Notes under the pieces: generated by a model
Told to the model about the DNA's origin: nothing
The model's database searches: none
What the model saw: only the letters and a program-made list of their open reading frames with translations
In this document: positions 25,301 to 37,700 of the stretch, piece after piece
Numbering within the stretch: position 1 is the first letter of the stretch
Layout: the number at the start of each line of letters is the position of its first letter
Position numbers and translations under genes: made by a program
DNA from: the human T2T-CHM13v2.0 reference genome, Homo sapiens
DNA length: 64,000 nucleotides
Strand: one strand, 5' to 3'
Assembly: GCF_009914755.1 (NCBI RefSeq)
Contig: NC_060935.1

Positions 25301-28300
25301 TCTTCACAGAAAAACTAAACAGGAGCATTCTCAGAAACTGCTTTGTGATGTTTGTGTTCCACTTCAGGAATTGAACTTTCCTCTTGACAGAGCAGCTCTG
25401 AAACCCTCTTATTCTAGAATCTGCAAGTGGACATTTGGAGGGCTTTGAGGCCTGTGGTGGAAAAGGAAAATCTTCACATAAAAACTAGATGGAAGCATTC
25501 TCAGAAACTACTTTGTGATGATTGCATTCGACTCACAGAGTTGAACATTCCTATAGATAGAGCAGGTTGTAAACAATCTTTTTGTAGAATCTGCGATTGG
25601 AGATTTGGACTGCTTTGAGGCCTACTGTAGTAAAGGAAATAACTTCATCTAAAAACCAAACGGAAGCATTCACAGACAATTCTTAGTGATCATTGGATTG
25701 AACTAACACAGCTGAACATTCCTTTAGATGGAGCAGTTTCCAAACCCACTTTCTGTAGAATCTGCAAGTGGATATTTGGAGTTCTCTGAGGATTTCGTTG
25801 GAAACGGGATAAACTTCCCAGAACTACACGGAAGCATTGTGAGAAACTTCTTTGTGATGTTTGCATTCAACTCACAGAGTTGAACCTTGCTTTCATAGTT
25901 CAGCTTTCAAACACTCTTTTTGTAGAATCTGCAAGTGGATATTTGGACCACTTTGTGGCCTTCCTTCGAAACGGGTATATCTTCACATCAAACCGAGACA
26001 GAAGCATTCTCCGAATGTTTCCTGTGATGACTGCATTCAATTCACAGAGGTGAACAATCCTGTTGATGGAGCAGTTTTGAAACTCTCTTTCTTTGGATTC
26101 TGCAAGTTGATATGTGGACCTCTGTGAAGATTTCGTTGGAAACGGGTTCATCTTCACAGAAAAACTAAACAGAAGCATTCTCAGAAACTGCTTTGTGATG
26201 TTTGTGTTCCACTTCAAGAATTGAACTTTCCTCTTGACAGAGCAGCTCTGAAACCCTCTTTTTCTAGAATCGGCAAGTGGACATTTGGAGGGCTTTGAGG
26301 CCTGTGGTGGAAAAGGAAAATCTTCACATAAAAACTAGATGGAAGCATTCTCAGAAACTACTTTGTGATGATTGCATTCGACTCAGAGAGTTGAACATTC
26401 CTATAGATAGAGCAGGTTGTAAACAATCTTTTTGTAGAATCTGCGATTGGAGATTTGGACTGCTTTGAGGCCTACAGTAGTAAAGGAAATAACTTCATCT
26501 AAAAACCAAACGGAAGCATTCACAGACAATTCTTAGTGATCATTGCATTGAAATAACAGAGCTGAACATTCCTTTAGATGGCGCAGTTTCCAAACACACT
26601 TTCTGTAGAATCTGCAAGTGGATATTAGGACTTCTCTGAGGATTTCGTTGGAAACGGGATAAACTTCGCAGAACTACACGGAAGCATTGTGAGAAACTTC
26701 TTTGTGATGTTTGCATTCAACTCACAGAGTTGAACCTTGCTTTCATAGTTCAGCTTTCAAACACTCTTTTTGTGGAATCTGCAAGTGGATATTTGGACCA
26801 CTTTGTGGCCTTCCTTCGAAACGGGTATATCTTCACATCAAACCTAGACAGAAGCATTCTCAGAATGTTTCCTGTGATGACTGCATTCAACTCACAGAGG
26901 TGAACAATCCTGTTGATGGAGCACTTTTGAAACTCTCTTTCTTTGGATTCTGCAAGTGGATATGTGGACCTCTGTGAAGATTTCGTTGGAAACGGGTTCA
27001 TCTTCACAGAAAAACTAAACAGAAGCATTCTCAGAAACCGCTTTGTGATGTTTGTGTTCCACTTCAGGAATTGAACTTTCCTCTTGACAGAGCAGCTCTG
27101 AAACCCTCTTATTCTAGAATGTGCAAGTGGACATTTGGAGGGCTTTGAGGCCTGTGGTGGAAAAGGAAAATCTTCACATAAAAACTAGATGGAAGCATTC
27201 TCAGAAACTACTTTGTGATGATTGCATTCGACTCACAGAGTTGAACATTCCTATAGATAGAGCAGGTTGTAAACAATCTTTTTGTAGAATCTGCGATTGG
27301 AGATTTGGACTGCTTTGAGGCCTACTGTAGTAAAGGAAATAACTTCATCTAAAAACCAAACGGAAGCATTCACAGACAATTCTTAGTGATCATTGCATTG
27401 AACTAACAGAGCTGAACATTCCTTTAGATGGAGCAGTTTCTAAACACACTTTCTGTAGAATCTGCAAGTGGATATTTGGACTTCTCTGAGGATTTCGTTG
27501 GAAACGGGATAAACTTCCCAGAACTACACGGAAGCATTGTCAGAAACTTCTTTGTGATGTTTCCATTCAACTCACAGAGTTGAACCTTGCTTTCATAGTT
27601 CAGCTTTCAAACACTCTTTTTGTAGAATCTGCAAGTGGATATTTGGACCACTTTGTGGCCTTCCTTCGAAACGGGTATATCTTCACATCAAACCTAGACA
27701 GAAGCATTCTCAGAATGTTTCCTGTGAAGACTGCATTCAACTCACAGAGATGAACAATCCTGTTGATGGAGCACTTTGGAAACTCTCTTTCTTTGGATTC
27801 TGCAAGTTGATATGTGGACCTCTGTGAAGATTTCGTTGGAAACGGGTTCATCTTCACAGAAAAACTAAACAGAAGCATTCTCAGAAACTGCTTTGTGATG
27901 TTTGTGTTCCACTTCAAGAATTGAACTTTCCTCTTGACAGAGCAGCTCTGAAACCCTCTTATTCTAGAATCTGCAAGTGGACATTTGGAGGGCTTTGAGG
28001 CCTGTGGTGGAAAAGGAAAATCTTCACATAAAAACTAGATGGAAGCATTCTCAGAAACTACTTTGTGATGATTGCATTCGACTCACAGAGTTGAACATTC
28101 CTATAGATAGAGCAGGTTGTAAACAATCTTTTTGTAGAATCTGCGATTGGAGATTTGGACTGCTTTGAGGCCTACTGTAGTAAAGGAAATAACTTCATCT
28201 AAAAACCAAACGGAAGCATTCACAGACAATTCTTAGTGATCATTGCATTGAACTAACAGAGCTGAACATTCCTTTAGATGGAGCAGTTTCCAAACACACT

Positions 28301-28722
28301 TTCTGTAGAATCTGCAAGTGGATATTTGGACTTCTCTGAGGATTTCGTTGGAAACGGGATAAACTTCCCAGAACTACACGGAAGCATTGTGAGAAACTTC
28401 TTTGTGATGTTTGCATTCAACTCACAGAGTTGAACCTTGCTTTCATAGTTCAGCTTTCAAACACTCTTTTTGTAGAATCTGCAAGTGGATATTTGGACCA
28501 CTTTGTGGCCTTCCTTCGAAACGGGTATATCTTCACATCAAACCTAGACAGAAGCATTCTCAGAATGTTTCCTGTGATGACTGCATTCAACTCACAGAGG
28601 TGAACAATCCTGTTGATGGAGCACTTTTGAAACTCTCTTTCTTTGGATTCTGCAAGTGGATATGTGGACCTCTGTGAAGATTTCGTTGGAAACGGGTTCA
28701 TCTTCACAGAAAAACTAAACAG
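16465..28722 (+). repeat. 5950-bp (7-HOR) tandem duplication, two apparently identical copies
   Basis: Rare variants match at +5950: 17236/23186, 17763/23713, 19759/25709, 20045/25995, 20062/26012, 20322/26272, 20718/26668, 21089/27039, 21171/27121, 21491/27441, 21613/27563. The match fails at 16464 vs 22414 and at 22773 vs 28723. Confidence 0.93.
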
Positions 28723-31700
28723 AAGCATTCTCAAAAACTACTTTGTGATGTTTGTGTTCCACTTCAAGAATTGAACTTTCCTCTTGACAGAGCAGCTCTG
28801 AAAACCTCTTTTTCTAGAATCTGCAAGTGGACATTTGGAGGGCTTTGAGGCCTGTGGTGGAAAAGGAAAATCTTCATATAAAAAATAGATGGAAGCATTC
28901 TCAGAAACTACTTTGTGATGATTGCATTCGACTCACAGAGTTGAACATTCCTATAGATAGAGCAGGTTGTAAACTATCTTTTTGTAGAATCTGCGATTGG
29001 AGATTCGGACTGCTTTGAGGCCTACTGTAGTAAAGGAAATAACTTCATCTAAAAACCAAACGGAAGCATTCACAGACAATTCTTAGTGATCATTGCATTG
29101 AACTAACAGAGCTGAACATTCCTTTAGATGGCGCAGTTTCCAAACACACTTTCTGTAGAATCTGCAAGTGGATATTTGGACCTCTCTGAGGATTTCGTTG
29201 GAAACGGGATAAACTTCCCAGAACTACACGGAAGCATGCTGAGAAACTTCTTTGTGATGTTTGCATTCAACTCACAGAGTTGAACCTTGCTTTCATAGTT
29301 CAGCTTTCAAACACTCTTTTTGTAGAATCTGCAAGTGGATATTTGGACCACTTTGTGGCCTTCCTTCGAAACGGGTATATCTTCACATCAAACCTAGACA
29401 GAAGCATTCTCAGAATGTTTCCTGTGATGACTGCATTCAACTCACAGAGGTGAACAATCCTGCTGATGGAGCAGTTTTGAAACTCTCTTTCTTTGGATTC
29501 TGCAAGTGGATATGTGGACCTCTGTGAAGATTTCGTTGGAAACGGGTTCATCTTCACAGAAAAACTAAACAGAAGCATTCTCAGAAACTGCTTTGTGATG
29601 TTTGTGTTCCACTTCAGGAATTGAACTTTCCTCTTGACAGAGCAGCTCTGAAACCCTCTTATTCTAGAATCTGCAAGTGGACATTTGGAGGGCTTTGAGG
29701 CCTGTGGTGGAAAAGGAAAATCTTCACATAAAAACTAGAGGGAAGCATTCTCAGAAACTACTTTGTGATGATTGCATTCGACTCACAGAGTTGAACATTC
29801 CTATAGATAGAGCAGGTTGTAAACAATCTTTTTGTAGAATCTGCGATTGGAGATTTGGACTGCTTTGAGGCCTACTGTAGTAAAGGAAATAACTTCATCT
29901 AAAAACCAAACGGAAGCATTCACAGACAATTCTTAGTGATCATTGGATTGAACTAACAGAGCTGAACATTCCTTTAGATGGAGCAGTTTCCAAACCCACT
30001 TTCTGTAGAATCTGCAAGTGGATATTTGGACTTCTCTGAGGATTTCGTTGGAAACGGGATAAACTTCCCAGAACTACACGGAAGCATTGTGAGAAACTTC
30101 TTTGTGATGTTTGCATTCAACTCACAGAGTTGAACCTTGCTTTCATAGTTCAGCTTTCAAACACTCTTTTTGTGGAATCTGCAAGTGGATATTTGGACCA
30201 CTTTGTGGCCTTCCTTCGAAACGGGTATATCTTCACATCAAACCTAGACAGAAGCATTCTCAGAATGTTTCCTGTGATGACTGCATTCAACTCACAGAGG
30301 TGAACAATCCTGTTGATGGAGCAGTTTTGAAACTCTCTTTCTTTGGATTCTGCAAGTGGATATGTGGACCTCTGTGAAGATTTCGTTGGAAACGGGTTCA
30401 TCTTCACAGAAAAACTAAACAGAAGCATTCTCAGAAACTGCTTTGTGATGTTTGTGTTCCACTTCAGGAATTGAACTTTCCTCTTGACAGAGCAGCTCTG
30501 AAACCCTCTTATTCTAGAATCTGCAAGTGGACATTTGGAGGGCTTTGAGGCCTGTGGTGGAAAAGGAAAATCTTCACATAAAAACTAGATGGAAGCATTC
30601 TCAGAAACTACTTTGTGATGATTGCATTCGACTCACAGAGTTGAACATTCCTATAGATAGAGCAGGTTGTAAACAATCTTTTTGTAGAATCTGCGATTGG
30701 AGATTTGGACTGCTTTGAGGCCTACTGTAGTAAAGGAAATAACTTCATCTAAAAACCAAACGGAAGCATTCACAGACAATTCTTAGTGATCATTGGATTG
30801 AACTAACAGAGCTGAACATTCCTTTAGATGGAGCAGTTTCCAAACCCACTTTCTGTAGAATCTGCAAGTGGATATTTGGACTTCTCTGAGGATTTCGTTG
30901 GAAACGGGATAAACTTCCCAGAACTACACGGAAGCATTGTGAGAAACTTCTTTGTGATGTTTGCATTCAACTCACAGAGTTGAACCTTGCTTTCATAGTT
31001 CAGCTTTCAAACACTCTTTTTGTAGAATCTGCAAGTGGATATTTGGACCACTTTGTGGCCTTCCTTCGAAACGGGTATATCTTCACATCAAACCTAGACA
31101 GAAGCATTCTCAGAATGTTTCCTGTGATGACTGCATTCAACTCACAGAGGTGAACAATCCTGTTGATGGAGCACTTTTGAAACTCTCTTTCTTTGGATTC
31201 TGCAAGTGGATATGTGGACCTCTGTGAAGATTTCGTTGGAAACGGGTTCATCTTCACAGAAAAACTAAACAGAAGCATTCTCAAAAACTACTTTGTGATG
31301 TTTGTGTTCCACTTCAAGAATTGAACTTTCCTCTTGACAGAGCAGCTCTGAAAACCTCTTTTTCTAGAATCTGCAAGTGGACATTTGGAGGGCTTTGAGG
31401 CCTGTGGTGGAAAAGGAAAATCTTCACATAAAAACTAGATGGAAGCATTCTCAGAAACTACTTTGTGATGATTGCATTCGACTCACAGAGTTGAACATTC
31501 CTATAGATAGAGCAGGTTGTAAACAATCTTTTTGTAGAATCTGCGATTGGAGATTCGGACTGCTTTGAGGCCTACTGTAGTAAAGGAAATAACTTCATCT
31601 AAAAACCAAACGGAAGCATTCACAGACAATTCTTAGTGATCATTGCATTGAACTAACAGAGCTGAACATTCCTTTAGATGGCGCAGTTTCCAAACACACT

Positions 31701-34700
31701 TTCTGTAGAATCTGCAAGTGGATATTTGGACCTCTCTGAGGATTTCGTTGGAAACGGGATAAACTTCCCAGAACTACACGGAAGCATGCTGAGAAACTTC
31801 TTTGTGATGTTTGCATTCAACTCACAGAGTTGAACCTTGCTTTCATAGTTCAGCTTTCAAACACTCTTTTTGTAGAATCTGCAAGTGGATATTTGGACCA
31901 CTTTGTGGCCTTCCTTCGAAACGGGTATATCTTCACATCAAACCTAGACAGAAGCATTCTCAGAATGTTTCCTGTGATGACTGCATTCAACTCCCAGAGG
32001 TGAACAATCCTGCTGATGGAGCAGTTTTGAAACTCTCTTTCTTTGGATTCTGCAAGTGGATATGTGGACCTCTGTGAAGATTTCGTTGGAAACGGGTTCA
32101 TCTTCACAGAAAAACTAAACAGGAGCATTCTCAGAAACTGCTTTGTGATGTTTGTGTTCCACTTCAAGAATTGAACTTTCCTCTTGACAGAGCAGCTCTG
32201 AAACCCTATTTTTCTAGAATCTGCAAGTGGACATTTGGAGGGCTTTGAGGCCTGTGGTGGAAAAGGAAAATCTTCACATAAAAACTAGATGGAAGCATTC
32301 TCAGAAACTACTTTGTGATGATTGCATTCGACTCACAGAGTTGAACATTCCTATAGATAGAGCAGGTTGTAAACAATCTTTTTGTAGAATCTGCGATTGG
32401 AGATTTGGACTGCTTTGAGGCCTACTGTAGTAAAGGAAATAACTTCATCTAAAAACCAAACGGAAGCATTCACAGACAATTCTTAGTGATCATTGGATAG
32501 AACTAACAGAGCTGAACATTCCTTTAGATGGAGCAGTTTCCAAACCCACTTTCTGTAGAATCTGCAAGTGGATATTTGGACTTCTCTGAGGATTTCGTTG
32601 GAAACGGGATAAACTTCCCAGAACTACACGGAAGCATTGTGAGAAACTTCTTTGTGATGTTTGCATTCAACTCACAGAGTTGAACCTTGCTTTCATAGTT
32701 CAGCTTTCAAACACTCTTTTTGTAGAATCTGCAAGTGCATATTTGGACCACTTTGTGGCCTTCCTTCGAAACGGGTATATCTTCACATCAAACCTAGACA
32801 GAAGCATTCTCAGAATGTTTCCTGTGATGACTGCATTCAACTCACAGAGGTGAACAATCCTGTTGATGGAGCAGTTTTGAAACTCTCTTTCTTTGGATTC
32901 TGCAAGTGGATATGTGGACCTCTGTGAAGATTTCGTTGGAAACGGGTTGATCTTCACAGAAAAACTAAACAGAAGCATTCTCAGAAACTGCTTTGTGATG
33001 TTTGTGTTCCACTTCAGGAATTGAACTTTCCTCTTGACAGAGCAGCTCTGAAACCCTCTTATTCTAGAATCTGCAAGTGGACATTTGGAGGGCTTTGAGG
33101 CCTGTGGTGGAAAAGGAAAATCTTCACATAAAAACTAGATGGAAGCATTCTCAGAAACTACTTTGTGATGATTGCATTCGACTCACAGAGTTGAACATTC
33201 CTATAGATAGAGCAGGTTGTAAACAATCTTTTTGTAGAATCTGCGATTGGAGATTTGGACTGCTTTGAGGCCTACTGTAGTAAAGGAAATAACTTCATCT
33301 AAAAACCAAACGGAAGCATTCACAGACAATTCTTAGTGATCATTGCATTGAACTAACAGAGCTGAACATTCCTTTAGATGGAGCAGTTTCCAAACACACT
33401 TTCTGTAGAATCTGCAAGTGGATATTTGGACTTCTCTGAGGATTTCGTTGGAAACGGGATAAAATTCCCAGAACTACACGGAAGCATTGTGAGAAACTTC
33501 TTTGTGATGTTTCCATTCAACTCACAGAGTTGAACCTTGCTTTCATAGTTCAGCTTTCAAACACTCTTTTTGTAGAATCTGCAAGTGGATATTTGGACCA
33601 CTTTGTGGCCTTCCTTCGAAACGGGTATATCTTCACATCAAACCTAGACAGAAGCATTCTCAGAATGTTTCCTGTGAAGACTGCATTCAACTCACAGAGA
33701 TGAACAATCCTGTTGATGGAGCACTTTGGAAACTCTCTTTCTTTGGATTCTGCAAGTTGATATGTGGACCTCTGTGAAGATTTCGTTGGAAACGGGTTCA
33801 TCTTCACAGAAAAACTAAACAGAAGCATTCTCAAAAACTACTTTGTGATGTTTGTGTTCCACTTCAAGAATTAAACTTTCCTCTTGACAGAGCAGCTCTG
33901 AAAACCTCTTTTTCTAGAATCTGCAAGTGGACATTTGGAGGGCTTTGTGGCCTGTGGTGGAAAAGGAAAATCTTCACATAAAAACTAGATGGAAGCATTC
34001 TCAGAAACTACTTTGTGATGATTGCATTCGACTCACAGAGTTGAACATTCCTATAGATAGAGCAGGTTGTAAACAATCTTTTTGTAGAATCTGCGATTGG
34101 AGATTTGGACTGCTTTGAGGCCTACTGTAGTAAAGGAAATAACTTCATCTAAAAACCAAACGGAAGCATTCACAGACAATTCTTAGTGATCATTGGATAG
34201 AACTAACAGAGCTGAACATTCCTTTAGATGGAGCAGTTTCCAAACCCACTTTCTGTAGAATCTGCAAGTGGATATTTGGACTTCTCTGAGGATTTCGTTG
34301 GAAACGGGATAAACTTCCCAGAACTACACGGAAGCATTGTGAGAAACTTCTTTGTGATGTTTGCATTCAACTCACAGAGTTGAACCTTGCTTTCATAGTT
34401 CAGCTTTCAAACACTCTTTTTGTAGAATCTGCAAGTGCATATTTGGACCACTTTGTGGCCTTCCTTCGAAACGGGTATATCTTCACATCAAACCTAGACA
34501 GAAGCATTCTCAGAATGTTTCCTGTGATGACTGCATTCAACTCACAGAGGTGAACAATCCTGTTGATGGAGCAGTTTTGAAACTCTCTTTCTTTGGATTC
34601 TGCAAGTGGATATGTGGACCTCTGTGAAGATTTCGTTGGAAACGGGTTGATCTTCACAGAAAAACTAAACAGAAGCATTCTCAGAAACTGCTTTGTGATG

Positions 34701-37700
34701 TTTGTGTTCCACTTCAGGAATTGAACTTTCCTCTTGACAGAGCAGCTCTGAAACCCTCTTATTCTAGAATCTGCAAGTGGACATTTGGAGGGCTTTGAGG
34801 CCTGTGGTGGAAAAGGAAAATCTTCACATAAAAACTAGATGGAAGCATTCTCAGAAACTACTTTGTGATGATTGCATTCGACTCACAGAGTTGAACATTC
34901 CTATAGATAGAGCAGGTTGTAAACAATCTTTTTGTAGAATCTGCGATTGGAGATTCGGACTGCTTTGAGGCCTACTGTAGTAAAGGAAATAACTTCATCT
35001 AAAAACCAAACGGAAGCATTCACAGACAATTCTTAGTGATCATTGCATTGAACTAACAGAGCTGAACATTCCTTTAGATGGCGCAGTTTCCAAACACACT
35101 TTCTGTAGAATCTGCAAGTGGATATTTGGACCTCTCTGAGGATTTGGTTGGAAAAGGGATAAACTTCCCAGAACTACACGGAAGCATGCTGAGAAACTTC
35201 TTTGTGATGTTTGCATTCAACTCACAGAGTTGAACCTTGCTTTCATAGTTCAGCTTTCAAACACTCTTTTTGTAGAATCTGCAAGTGGATATTTGGACCA
35301 CTTTGTGGCCTTCCTTCGAAACGGGTATATCTTCACATCAAACCTAGACAGAAGCATTCTCAGAATGTTTCCTGTGATGACTGCATTCAACTCACAGAGG
35401 TGAACAATCCTGTTGATGGAGCACTTTTGAAACTCTCTTTCTTTGGATTCTGCAAGTTGATATGTGGACCTCTGTGAAGATTTCGTTGGAAACGGGTTCA
35501 TCTTCACAGAAAAACTAAACAGGAGCATTCTCAGAAACTGCTTTGTGATGTTTGTGTTCCACTTCAGGAATTGAACTTTCCTCTTGACAGAGCAGCTCTG
35601 AAACCCTCTTATTCTAGAATCTGCAAGTGGACATTTGGAGGGCTTTGAGGCCTGTGGTGGAAAAGGAAAATCTTCACATAAAAACTAGATGGAAGCATTC
35701 TCAGAAACTACTTTGTGATGATTGCATTCGACTCACAGAGTTGAACATTCCTATAGATAGAGCATTTTGTAAACAATCTTTTTGTAGAATCTGCGATTGG
35801 AGATTTGGACTGCTTTGAGGCCTACTGTAGTAAAGGAAATAACTTCATCTAAAAACCAAACGGAAGCATTCACAGACAATTCTTAGTGATCATTGCATTG
35901 AACTAACAGAGCTGAACATTCCTTTAGATGGAGCAGTTTCCAAACCCACTTTCTGTAGAATCTGCAAGTGGATATTTGGACTTCTCTGAGGATTTCGTTG
36001 GAAACGGGATAAACTTCCCAGAACTACACGGAAGCATTGTGAGAAACTTCTTTGTGATGTTTGCATTCAACTCACAGAGTTGAACCTTGCTTTCATAGTT
36101 CAGCTTTCAAACACTCTTTTTGTAGAATCTGCAAGTGGATATTTGGACCACTTTGTGGCCTTCCTTCGAAACGGGTATATCTTCACATCAAACCTAGACA
36201 GAAGCATTCTCAGAATGTTTCCTGTGATGACTGCATTCAATTTACAGAGGTGAACAATCCTGTTGATGGAGCAGTTTTGAAACTCTCTTTCTTTGGATTC
36301 TGCAAGTTGATATGTGGACCTCTGTGAAGATTTCGTTGGAAACGGGTTCATCTTCACAGAAAAACTAAACAGAAGCATTCTCAGAAACTGCTTTGTGATG
36401 TTTGTGTTCCACTTCAAGAATTGAACTTTCCTCTTGACAGAGCAGCTCTGAAACCCTCTTTTTCTAGAATCTGCAAGTGGACATTTGGAGGGCTTTGAGG
36501 CCTGTGGTGGAAAAGGAAAATCTTCGCATAAAAACTAGATGGAAGCATTCTCAGAAACTACTTTGTGATAATTGCATTCGACTCACAGAGTTGAACATTC
36601 CTATAGATAGAGCAGGTTGTAAACAATCTTTTTGTAGAATCTGCGATTGGAGATTTGGACTGCTTTGAGGCCTACAGTAGTAAAGGAAATAACTTCATCT
36701 AAAAACCAAACGGAAGCATTCACAGACAATTCTTAGTGATCATTGCATTGAACTAACAGAGCTGAACATTCCTTTAGATGGCGCAGTTTCCAAACACACT
36801 TTCTGTAGAATCTGCAAGTGGATATTAGGACTTCTCTGAGGATTTCGTTGGAAACGGGATAAACTTCCCAGAACTACACGGAAGCATTGTGAGAAACTTC
36901 TTTCTGATGTTTGCATTCAACTCACAGAGTTGAACCTTGCTTTCATAGTTCAGCTTTCAAACACTCTTTTTGTGGAATCTGCAAGTGGATATTTGGACCA
37001 CTTTGTGGCCTTCCTTCGAAACGGGTATATCTTCACATCAAACCTAGACAGAAGCATTCTCAGAATGTTTCCTGTGATGACTGCATTCAACTCACAGAGG
37101 TGAACAATCCTGTTGATGGAGCAGTTTTGAAACTCTCTTTCTTTGGATTCTGCAAGTGGATATGTGGACCTCTGTGAAGATTTCGTTGGAAACGGGTTCA
37201 TCTTCACAGAAAAACTAAACAGGAGCATTCTCAGAAACTGTTTGTGATGTTTGTGTTCCACTTCAAGAATTGAACTTTCCTCTTGACAGAGCAGCTCTGA
37301 AACCCTCTTTTTCTAGAATCTGCAAGTGGACATTTGGAGGGCTTTGAGGCCTGTGGTGGAAAAGGAAAATCTTCACATAAAAACTAGATGGAAGCATTCT
37401 CAGAAACTACTTTGTGATGATTGCATTCGACTCACAGAGTTGAACATTCCTATAGATAGAGCAGGTTGTAAACAATCTTTTTGTAGAATCTGCGATTGGA
37501 GATTTGGACTGCTTTGAGGCCTACTGTAGTAAAGGAAATAACTTCATCTAAAAACCAAACGGAAGCATTCACAGACAATTCTTAGTGATCATTGCATTGA
37601 ACTAACAGAGCTGAACATTCCTTTAGATGGAGCAGTTTCCAAACACACTTTCTGTAGAATCTGCAAGTGGATATTTGGACTTCTCTGAGGATTTCGTTGG

